Sequence record: MN496308.1 | Strand: one strand, 5' to 3' | Length of the DNA: 11,519 nt | Shown here: piece after piece, positions 1 to 5,986 of the stretch | How the letters are laid out: every line of letters begins with the position of its first letter | How positions within the stretch are numbered: position 1 is the stretch's first letter | Position numbers and translations under genes: made by a program | Notes under the pieces: generated by a model | Told to the model about the DNA's origin: nothing | What the model saw: only the letters and a program-made list of their open reading frames with translations | Database searches by the model: none

Positions 1-35
1 GCCCTTTATAAAGTCATAATCTTTTTTTACTTCTG
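1..35 (+). promoter_or_regulatory. T9-like promoter (TATA CTTTATAAA) followed by a T-tract that may also terminate the vp1-vp3-vp2 transcript
   Basis: GCCCTTTATAAAGTCATAATCTTTTTT, with ATG at 36 (likely leaderless). 24/27 identical to 7351-7377 with the same offset to ATG. Confidence 0.75.
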
Positions 36-284
36 ATGACTGCGTTAGGCAATACAATCTATGTAATATCTATCCTTTTCCCAGCTGTAGGCATTCTGAG
101 TAGAAACTATCTCATCAATTTAATGGGGTTTTTTGTTGGGACCCTAGGATTTCTTATCTTTGTACAAGGATACACAGACATTAGCTTTTCAGGGAGTACT
201 TTCTACTTAGCAATATTTCCTTTGCTGTTAGGGCTAGTAAACTTAGGCTTCTTCTTCAATTGGTTGAGGGAAGAAAGGATATGA
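36..284 (+). CDS. SSV1 A82-like core membrane protein (82 aa)
   Basis: Three hydrophobic segments. First gene after vp2, as in SSV1. Confidence 0.85.
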   Translation: MTALGNTIYVISILFPAVGILSRNYLINLMGFFVGTLGFLIFVQGYTDISFSGSTFYLAIFPLLLGLVNLGFFFNWLREERI

Positions 285-583
285 GGTGGTTTCATGTTTC
301 TAACAGAGTTAATCCCCGAAAAAGTTCTCGTATACGGGGCAATCATAGATACAATATTTATTATTATGTATCTTCTTGCAAGAAAATCGAAGACCAAACA
401 AGAGAAATTCATAGAGAGATTGCAAAATATAAGGCTATTAGGATACTATCTCATAGGGGCTTCTATCTTTACGCTTCTGATAGTGCACATGGCGGAATTC
501 TCAGGCTTAGTAGATTATTACTTAGGTCTTTCGCTAGATTCGCTTCTATTCTTTATCGGGTTAAAAATGGTGATGAAGAATGA
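281..583 (+). CDS. SSV1 C84-like basic protein in a frame overlapping the A92-like gene (100 aa from ATG 281)
   Basis: ATGA overlap with the A82-like stop. Arg-rich. An overlapping ORF is annotated at this position in SSVs, but expression is uncertain. Confidence 0.45.
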   Translation: MRWFHVSNRVNPRKSSRIRGNHRYNIYYYVSSCKKIEDQTREIHREIAKYKAIRILSHRGFYLYASDSAHGGILRLSRLLLRSFARFASILYRVKNGDEE

Positions 584-587
584 GTAA
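294..587 (+). CDS. SSV1 A92-like core membrane protein (97 aa)
   Basis: GAGGTG Shine-Dalgarno (SD) at 283-288, hydrophobic helices, synteny. Confidence 0.8.
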   Translation: MFLTELIPEKVLVYGAIIDTIFIIMYLLARKSKTKQEKFIERLQNIRLLGYYLIGASIFTLLIVHMAEFSGLVDYYLGLSLDSLLFFIGLKMVMKNE

Positions 588-1353
588 TGGAAGTTTGGAA
601 AAGGCAATGGAAGAAGCACTCAAGAACGCTAAAACGCTGGAAGAATTAGAACAGCTCTACAGACAGATACCACAACCCTCAAAGAAACTCTACAAAGCCT
701 ATGAGAAACGAAAATTTGAGTTAAAGTATGAGCAATATAAGAAGCTAAAAGAGGAACTAGCACAGAAGCGGAAGAAGCTAAAGAAAGAGAAAGTTGATAT
801 TCGTGTTAAGATAACAAAGAAATGGATAAACAGCAGACTGTTCACAGCAGAGCATTATGTCGCATTGCTTCAGCAAAGTAAAGATGGTCTACAGTTAATG
901 TTTCTCAGAAAGGTGAAACTTGTTGAGAATCAAGGCTATTTAATGATTGAAAGTAAGAAGCTCAGAAAGGCATGGGTTCTTGTCGGTGAGCCGGTCCTTC
1001 TTGAAAAGAGCAGAATCTTTGGGAAGAAATTTGTTGCAGTGCACTTTGTCTTGCCAGATTTTCCATATACTCTTGACATAGCTGTGGATGAAAAATTAAG
1101 GCAATTAGCAATCAAAGGAGTAAACGGCCCACAGATATTGCATAGTGTCGTCAGGACCAAGTTCTTTGAGGCACTGGCCCGTGTTGGGACAGGGCCAGAT
1201 TATATGATGCTTATTATTGGCGCAGTGATGGGAATAGGACTAGGAATGGCGATTGGCTTCGGCGTATCGCTATTCCACTTAACATCTACTCCACCCGCTC
1301 ATACTAACACAACAACCACAACCATGAATCCATTCCCTACGTCAACAAAATGA
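580..1353 (+). CDS. SSV1 B277-like core protein (257 aa)
   Basis: N-terminal charged coiled coil, C-terminal Gly-rich transmembrane helix and Thr-rich tail with an NTT sequon. Synteny. Confidence 0.85.
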   Translation: MSNGSLEKAMEEALKNAKTLEELEQLYRQIPQPSKKLYKAYEKRKFELKYEQYKKLKEELAQKRKKLKKEKVDIRVKITKKWINSRLFTAEHYVALLQQSKDGLQLMFLRKVKLVENQGYLMIESKKLRKAWVLVGEPVLLEKSRIFGKKFVAVHFVLPDFPYTLDIAVDEKLRQLAIKGVNGPQILHSVVRTKFFEALARVGTGPDYMMLIIGAVMGIGLGMAIGFGVSLFHLTSTPPAHTNTTTTTMNPFPTSTK

Positions 1354-1362
1354 GGTGAGACA

Positions 1363-1830
1363 ATGCCCAACAAAAAAGCATCCGGTAATGCTGTCGAAGA
1401 GCTAAAGAAAGAAAATGAAGAGCTAAGAAAGAAAATTGAGGAATTGGAAGCTTTGTTAAATGGACCAGAAGAGGAAGATGAGGAAATACAAGAAATCGAG
1501 AACCCTTACACAGTCACAAACCGAGCAATCTCAGAGTTAGTTGAGCCCAAAGACACTATGTTATATCTTTCGGGAAGTCAGATTAATCTGATTTTATCCG
1601 CTTACGAATTCGCCCGTTTACCCGTTTATTTTGGGGAAGAGCCTGTGCTAGAGTTGGCTGAGTTTGCGAGTAAACTGAAGTACTACTTAGTGAGTAAGGG
1701 CGGACGCGGTAGAAGGGATATACTCAGAGTGCTGAGAGTAAGCAGTGGCCAGACTAGGGAAAATGTCAATAAATCAATCTTTAGGCAACTACTACAAGGG
1801 GGGAAAGATTCAGATGTCGAAGAAGACTGA
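1363..1830 (+). CDS. SSV1 A154-like core protein (155 aa)
   Basis: GAGGTG SD. Coiled coil, acidic linker, ENPYTVTN and SKGGRGRRDILRVLR motifs. Directly upstream of the B251-like ATPase. Confidence 0.9.
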   Translation: MPNKKASGNAVEELKKENEELRKKIEELEALLNGPEEEDEEIQEIENPYTVTNRAISELVEPKDTMLYLSGSQINLILSAYEFARLPVYFGEEPVLELAEFASKLKYYLVSKGGRGRRDILRVLRVSSGQTRENVNKSIFRQLLQGGKDSDVEED

Positions 1831-2536
1831 AGAACAGAAAGCTGATGATTTACTATGGTTGGCACAAAAAATAGTGTCAGCATATAAGAATGTAGGATTT
1901 GTATCAGCAGTGATTTTCGGCAAACAAGGAAGTGGCAAAACAACATACGCATTTAAAGTAGCGAGAGACGTTTTCTACAAACTATATAATTTACAGACAA
2001 AGGATGAGGCATGGCAATATGTTAGGACCAGCTATTTCTTTGAATTGCCAGAAGCATTGATGAAGATACAGGATGCAATAGACAATGACTACCGCATTCC
2101 ATTGATAATCTTTGATGATGCGGGAATATGGCTTTCAAAATATGTGTGGTATGAGGACTACATGAAGGCGTTTTATAAAATATATGCACTCATACGAACT
2201 AGGGTGTCGGCTGTTATCTTCACTACACCCAGCCCAGAAGATATAGCATTCTTCTTAAGGGAAAAAGGATGGTACCAAATCAAGATTAGTATGATAAATA
2301 GAAAGGATATGATTGCGAGAGCAACTTTATACGCTAAAGATTTCGCAAGGAATACAAAGGGCGAAATTGTCACTCAGGTGAAGACAAAGGCGTTAGATAT
2401 GTTTAAGGTTGATATTCCAAATAATATATATGAGGAATATATGCAAAAGAGAAGAGAAACAGAAAGAAAATTACTCGCAGAGCTGAAACAAATACTATCA
2501 AGTTTTACGGAAAAGAACGCCGTTATTGAGGCTTGA
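1814..2536 (+). CDS. SSV1 B251-like P-loop ATPase (240 aa from ATG 1814)
   Basis: Walker [10 protein letters not shown] and Walker B IIFDD. The ORF-track start at 1745 lies deep inside the A154-like gene, so ATG 1814 is preferred. Confidence 0.92.
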   Translation: MSKKTEEQKADDLLWLAQKIVSAYKNVGFVSAVIFGKQGSGKTTYAFKVARDVFYKLYNLQTKDEAWQYVRTSYFFELPEALMKIQDAIDNDYRIPLIIFDDAGIWLSKYVWYEDYMKAFYKIYALIRTRVSAVIFTTPSPEDIAFFLREKGWYQIKISMINRKDMIARATLYAKDFARNTKGEIVTQVKTKALDMFKVDIPNNIYEEYMQKRRETERKLLAELKQILSSFTEKNAVIEA

Positions 2537-3563
2537 AAACGGGGGTAGGCTCATTTATAATATTTTTCAACCACTCCGCGTATTTCTTGTAGTGTTCTTT
2601 TGCAACACCAAATAATGAAACATAATGTTGTGTAGCAACTCTTATCGGTTTTCTACCTTGAATAAAATCTATGACGTCTAGCGGAATACCTAATTGGGCC
2701 ATTTGAGTTGCGACAAATTTTCTTATGTATTTTATGCGCACAGCGTCTTTGTACGTTTTCTCAAATTTTGCAATTACACCGCGCGTTATATTTGTTTGTC
2801 GTAGTGGCGTTATGTGGAATAGATAAAAGGACCCTTTATAGCCTCTGGTCCAACTGATTGGATAATAACGAATCTCACCATCAGCGATATCACGCTCTGG
2901 CTCTCTTAATACTTTTAGTATTTCAATTAATCTAGCCCCTGACTCCAAAGCTAAGCGATAAACGAGATAAACGTTATCGCTATACTCTTTCGCAAGCAAC
3001 AATGTTTGCTTTATTTGTTCAATTGTAGGAACGTATAGGTCAGCCTTAGTTGATTTTACTTTAATGATCTTCAACACTTTATCAGCAAACTCCTCACTAA
3101 TTAAGCCACGTAATGCTAAGTATTTTGCAAATAGTCTGTACGCTTTCTGTGAATTTCTACTATCTGTATATTTGCGCCTTAACGCATTGATGTATTCTTT
3201 TACTGTTTCTTCAGATATTCTTCTTTTATTGATCAAATATTCAAAGAACCCGTTAATGTTGCCGTCTGTCGCATATTGGCGTAAATTGGCAACCACGCCA
3301 ATTTTACGCCGTTCTTCTTTTTCAGACGGGCCTCCCAAGCCGGTGATCCCGGGTTCAAATCCCGGCGGCCGCATAGTGGGGGATTCCCCCACACCCCCAT
3401 TTTCTTTCAATTTAATGTATGTTTCTACGACATCAGTTAAGGGACCTACATAAGTTTCCTTTAACTTACCGTTTATCGTTCTCAGTATATAAACATAATA
3501 CTTCCCTTTTCTTTCCCTTATGATTACATCACCATATTTATAACGCGTCTTATCTTTTGTCAT
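2523..3563 (-). CDS. int: SSV-type tyrosine integrase (D335 family, 346 aa), intact
   Basis: [15 protein letters not shown] and HYV catalytic motifs. The tRNA-derived MRPPGFEPG segment marks the internal attP. Confidence 0.97.
   Translation of the reverse strand: MTKDKTRYKYGDVIIRERKGKYYVYILRTINGKLKETYVGPLTDVVETYIKLKENGGVGESPTMRPPGFEPGITGLGGPSEKEERRKIGVVANLRQYATDGNINGFFEYLINKRRISEETVKEYINALRRKYTDSRNSQKAYRLFAKYLALRGLISEEFADKVLKIIKVKSTKADLYVPTIEQIKQTLLLAKEYSDNVYLVYRLALESGARLIEILKVLREPERDIADGEIRYYPISWTRGYKGSFYLFHITPLRQTNITRGVIAKFEKTYKDAVRIKYIRKFVATQMAQLGIPLDVIDFIQGRKPIRVATQHYVSLFGVAKEHYKKYAEWLKNIINEPTPVFKPQ
3329..3373 (+). other. attP: 3' half of tRNA-Gly(CCC), 45 bp, not a complete tRNA gene
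   Basis: GGC-CTCCCAA-GCCGG anticodon arm (CCC at 3334-3336), T arm CCGGG-TTCAAAT-CCCGG, acceptor strand CGGCCGC plus discriminator A. No 5' half upstream. Confidence 0.92.
3376..3392. repeat. GC-rich inverted repeat adjacent to attP
   Basis: GTGGGGG-ATT-CCCCCAC, a perfect 7-bp stem. Confidence 0.85.
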
Positions 3564-3583
3564 ATTCCCCTAATGTATTATGA

Positions 3584-3613
3584 TTGCCAAAAGAGGTTTA
3601 TAAGCTCTGGCAA
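3584..3613. promoter_or_regulatory. TATA box (TTTATAA) inside an imperfect palindrome TTGCCA...TGGCAA; could fire in either direction
   Basis: TTGCCA-AAA-GAG-GTTTATAAG-CTC-TGGCAA. Lies about 35 nt from the int ATG and about 30 nt before 3630. Confidence 0.55.
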
Positions 3614-3629
3614 CTCGTAAATTTTTGCC

Positions 3630-3652
3630 GTTAAAAAACGTAGAATTGAAAG
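3630..3652 (+). other. Solitary CRISPR-repeat-like sequence (not an array)
   Basis: GTTAAAAAACGTAGAATTGAAAG. The last 12 nt match the 3' end of the Sulfolobus/Saccharolobus repeat (G[AC]TAATCT..TATAGAATTGAAAG), including the ATTGAAAG handle. The 5' half is divergent. Confidence 0.35.
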
Positions 3653-3733
3653 TAGACGGCAAAGATTCCTAGGCAGTAATACTAAAAATATCGTATTATT
3701 ATTATATAGTTATTTGAGCAAATTACCTATTAC

Positions 3734-3799
3734 GCTAATAGCAGCATTGCTGCTACTAATAGCAGCGATTTAGCAAAACATTGCTGCTAATAGCAGCAT
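3734..3799. repeat. Cluster of alternating direct and inverted TAGCAGC(A) repeats
   Basis: CTAATAGCAGC at 3735, 3756 and 3787. Palindromes TAGCAGCA-T-TGCTGCTA (3739-3755) and TGCTGCTA-A-TAGCAGCA (3782-3798). Confidence 0.9.
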
Positions 3800-3806
3800 C
3801 GTCGTA

Positions 3807-4361
3807 TTACTTTACGTAGACTGAAAGCCATCTCTTAAACTGAGATGGCTTCATCCAGTCTTTCCATCTTGTCAGCACATATGTTCTCTCGTCCTTTGCA
3901 AACTCTTCTGAGACGACTGCTTTTCCATGCTTTTCCAATGTTCTCAACAGTGTGAGAGGCATGAATCTAACTTCCCCTTCTGAATCAGCAATATTCATGA
4001 ACACAGCTTTGTATCCCTTAGATTCTAAGATTTCCGCAACACTAACTCTTACGCCTAACACAGCAATTACTGAGCCTTGCATATTCATCTTATGAGCTCT
4101 GCTTTTACTCTGTCCCTTCGTCAAAGAAGTACCAGTAACATCAAGATATAATTTGAAGCGGGGAATGTAAAAATCAAACTTCTTGAAAGGATCCCCTTCC
4201 CATGTTTCGTCTACTCTGTCAGTTGACAATACACCAATTCCATTCACTGTAATGTCCTTTTCCTTAAGATTTAGGACCAAACGTAGCCATTTTTTCGCAA
4301 TCTCTTCCCTAATTGAAGATATAGCCCAATACTTTTCGTATTTATCCTTCAGTTCGCTCAT
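3807..4361 (-). CDS. Putative PD-(D/E)XK-fold nuclease (SSV1 D244 / SSV-RH D212-like, 184 aa)
   Basis: Helix-1 REE, then FDF..LYLDVTG pattern. Position next to int. Family assignment from memory only. Confidence 0.6.
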   Translation of the reverse strand: MSELKDKYEKYWAISSIREEIAKKWLRLVLNLKEKDITVNGIGVLSTDRVDETWEGDPFKKFDFYIPRFKLYLDVTGTSLTKGQSKSRAHKMNMQGSVIAVLGVRVSVAEILESKGYKAVFMNIADSEGEVRFMPLTLLRTLEKHGKAVVSEEFAKDERTYVLTRWKDWMKPSQFKRWLSVYVK

Positions 4362-4534
4362 TCTTCTTCCCTCAGATGGTAGAGGTCCGCGAAAATCTGT
4401 TGACTTAGGAGTAGGGCCTTATCTATTTTCTCTTGGCAGTTTTTCTCTAACATTAGGTCAATTTTTATCTCGCGAACTAGAGATAATAGTTCTCTTGCTT
4501 CTTTGTCTAAATTAAGCAGATAGCCCTCATCCAT
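4358..4534 (-). CDS. SSV1 D63-like ROP-like helical hairpin protein (58 aa)
   Basis: LDKEARELLSLVREIKID resembles D63 LDEDVRELLSLIHEIKID as recalled. The GGTGA SD favours ATG 4534 over TTG 4540. Confidence 0.85.
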   Translation of the reverse strand: MDEGYLLNLDKEARELLSLVREIKIDLMLEKNCQEKIDKALLLSQQIFADLYHLREEE

Positions 4535-4536
4535 CT

Positions 4537-5160
4537 TCAATTCACCAGTTCTTTTAATGCGGTAATTCGAGTCTCAAGGTCCTTCATTCTTGCTGGAGGT
4601 ATCAAATAACAGTTGAGGTCCTTTCTGAAATTATTCTTCTGAATTTGCATTAGTAAAGCCTCTAACTCATTAATCACATCCAATAATTTTGTTATATCGA
4701 TTTTTGCTTCAGCTTTTGCTTCGGCTCTGGATTCGCTTATATTAATATTTACAATGGGCTGAATTGATTCTTTTGCTAGCTCTAGCCCTAGCTCCCTTGA
4801 TACTCTGTTCAAGTCTTCTTTGTGGCCAGAAAGAGCGTAAATAAGGGTCTCAAGGCCTAGTTTCACAATCCTTTTCTTTCTAGGCGAAAGTGACATATAA
4901 CGCGCCTTTGCCACTGCACTAATTCTGAAAGCAATGAGCGATGTAACGCCCGTGAAATCCTCGTCGCTTTTTCCAATATTTTCTATATCTTTTTGTATAA
5001 GAGTGTTTGTGTTAGTGTTTGTAGGGTTGTTTGTTTGTGTTTGTTTGTTTGACGTTTGTCTAACAGTTTTTTCTGAACCCGCTTTTGTGTTTGTGTTTGT
5101 TAGTGTGTTTGTATTTTTGTAGTTTTGTGTGAAGAAATTGAAAGAATCACTGTCAGCCAT
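4537..5160 (-). CDS. Hypothetical protein (207 aa): Asn/Thr-rich N-terminus, central RHH-like segment, C-terminal coiled coil
   Basis: Long ORF overlapping its neighbours in the leftward operon. The IAFRIS...KKRIVK segment aligns with the B129-like N-terminus. Confidence 0.8.
   Translation of the reverse strand: MADSDSFNFFTQNYKNTNTLTNTNTKAGSEKTVRQTSNKQTQTNNPTNTNTNTLIQKDIENIGKSDEDFTGVTSLIAFRISAVAKARYMSLSPRKKRIVKLGLETLIYALSGHKEDLNRVSRELGLELAKESIQPIVNINISESRAEAKAEAKIDITKLLDVINELEALLMQIQKNNFRKDLNCYLIPPARMKDLETRITALKELVN
5002..5130. repeat. Strand-biased GT-rich short repeats (TTTGT / GTGTTTGT) within the 207-aa gene
   Basis: More than ten TTTGT units. The + strand is nearly G/T-only apart from a short central spacer. 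Confidence 0.85.
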
Positions 5161-5332
5161 CAATGATCCCCTTCAACTCTTCCTTGTGCCTTTCCAAATA
5201 CTCTTTGAGGGCCTCGTTTAGCAAATCCGTAAAAGTCTTCTTATGTTTGATCGAGAGGATTTTTCCTTTTAAAAAAAGATCTTCTTGTATGTATAATGTG
5301 GTTTTAACTTGTCTTACTTCTTGGGTGTTCAT
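5153..5332 (-). CDS. RHH DNA-binding protein (59 aa), paralog of the E73-like protein
   Basis: KTTLYI strand followed by two helices (FTDLLNEALKEYL). 19/44 ungapped identity to 5639-5869. ATG about 25 nt below a TATA box. Confidence 0.88.
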   Translation of the reverse strand: MNTQEVRQVKTTLYIQEDLFLKGKILSIKHKKTFTDLLNEALKEYLERHKEELKGIIDG

Positions 5333-5386
5333 CAATTTGTCAATCTATCAATCCAAGTATATAAACTTTTCTATCTATCAATCCGT
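5333..5386 (-). promoter_or_regulatory. T5-like early promoter with tandem GATTGATA operator-like repeats
   Basis: Minus strand ACGGATTGATAGATAG-AAAAGTTTATATA-CTTGGATTGATAGATTGACAAATTGATG. 5340-5374 is 34/35 identical (inverted) to 5935-5969. Confidence 0.85.
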
Positions 5387-5409
5387 ATTTCAGCCGTAAT
5401 ATAAAGCAT

Positions 5410-5427
5410 AAAAAAGAAAACAAAAAA
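5410..5427 (-). terminator. Oligo-T terminator after the E73-like unit
   Basis: Minus strand TTTTTTGTTTTCTTTTTT, just downstream of the stop at 5445. Confidence 0.65.
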
Positions 5428-5444
5428 GAGTACGTAATTTCCTT

Positions 5445-5642
5445 CTATCCATCTGTCTGTCCTTTTAGCCTGTTGAACCTTTCAAGTAATATTTTGAATG
5501 TCTCATACGCTTCTTTGGCCTCTTTAGAATCTAATATACCTAATATTTTCAAAAATTCAGCATATGGAATAGTAATAGCACCCCCACCTAACGCTAGTAA
5601 TGTTGTTAATAATTCCTTTATTTGATTATTATAGTCCTCTAT
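5445..5642 (-). CDS. Unannotated 65-codon ORF without a canonical start (IEDYNNQIKELL...KGQTDG)
   Basis: The frame is open 5669-5445, fills the gap between the E73-like stop and the terminator, and encodes a helical, protein-like sequence. No ATG/GTG/TTG before codon 31. Confidence 0.5.
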   Translation of the reverse strand: MEDYNNQIKELLTTLLALGGGAITIPYAEFLKILGILDSKEAKEAYETFKILLERFNRLKGQTDG

Positions 5643-5869
5643 TTTGAGGGGAAAAACCGCTTCCCAACCTCATCTATTTTTGGTTGGATCTCTTGAGGTA
5701 ATTCCTCTTTATGTGCAATTAACCATGTAACCACTGCTTCCTCAATTATGTCAGTCATATCTCTGTTCAGATATACAGATACTATTTTCAAAACGTAGTA
5801 AACATCTTCATCAAATGCTAATGTTGTTTTCTTCTTTTGGATCCTTGTCTCACTTTTAAATTCACTCAT
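5639..5869 (-). CDS. SSV-RH E73-like RHH (RH3) transcription regulator (76 aa)
   Basis: KKKTTLAFDEDVY..LK.VSVYLNRDMT.IIEEAVV.WL and C-terminal KRFFP match E73 as recalled. Confidence 0.93.
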   Translation of the reverse strand: MSEFKSETRIQKKKTTLAFDEDVYYVLKIVSVYLNRDMTDIIEEAVVTWLIAHKEELPQEIQPKIDEVGKRFFPSK

Positions 5870-5898
5870 CTCTCTCTAGTTTTCTTATTCCTTTCTCG

Positions 5899-5926
5899 CT
5901 TTATATTTTTATGGTTTTCAATCCGT
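5899..5926 (-). promoter_or_regulatory. Probable promoter of the E73-like gene
   Basis: Minus strand ACGGATTGA-N7-AAAAATATAAAG. Same motif and spacing as in the T5-like promoter. ATG 30 nt downstream. Confidence 0.55.
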
Positions 5927-5934
5927 CAACATAA

Positions 5935-5981
5935 ATAGAAAAGTTTATATATTTGGATTGATAGATTGATAGATAGAGGTG
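5935..5981 (+). promoter_or_regulatory. T6-like early promoter with tandem repeats and SD
   Basis: AAAAGTTTATATA, then GATTGATA-GATTGATA-GATAGA and GAGGTG. ATAGATAGAG (5969-5978) resembles the SSV1 F55 site ATAGATAGAGT. Confidence 0.85.
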
Positions 5982-5986
5982 GCAAA

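Noticed and set aside
1745-1813. Extended N-terminus of the ATPase; likewise upstream TTG/GTG extensions at 260, 5966, 6568, 9760, 9986 and 10432
   Set aside because: Downstream ATGs fit SD spacing, stop/start coupling or homolog length better.
3329-3373. tRNA-Gly gene
   Set aside because: Only the 3' half is present and it lies inside int, so it is attP.
3064-3453. 129-aa ORF antisense to int
   Set aside because: Shadow ORF through attP, with no motif or initiation signal.
3695-3718. Possible second degenerate CRISPR repeat 42 nt after the first (would make a mini-array)
   Set aside because: Only 12/24 matches, in very AT-rich DNA, and the ATTGAAAG handle is missing.
3621-3773. Open + frame ending in a hydrophobic peptide (LSKLPITLIAALLLLIAAI)
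   Set aside because: No start except a late TTG without SD. The hydrophobicity is a by-product of the GCA/CTA repeats.
4183-4515. 110-aa + strand ORF
   Set aside because: Antisense to the nuclease-like and D63-like genes.
4934-5122. Val/Phe/Cys-rich membrane-like ORF
   Set aside because: Translation of the GT-rich repeat on the non-coding strand.
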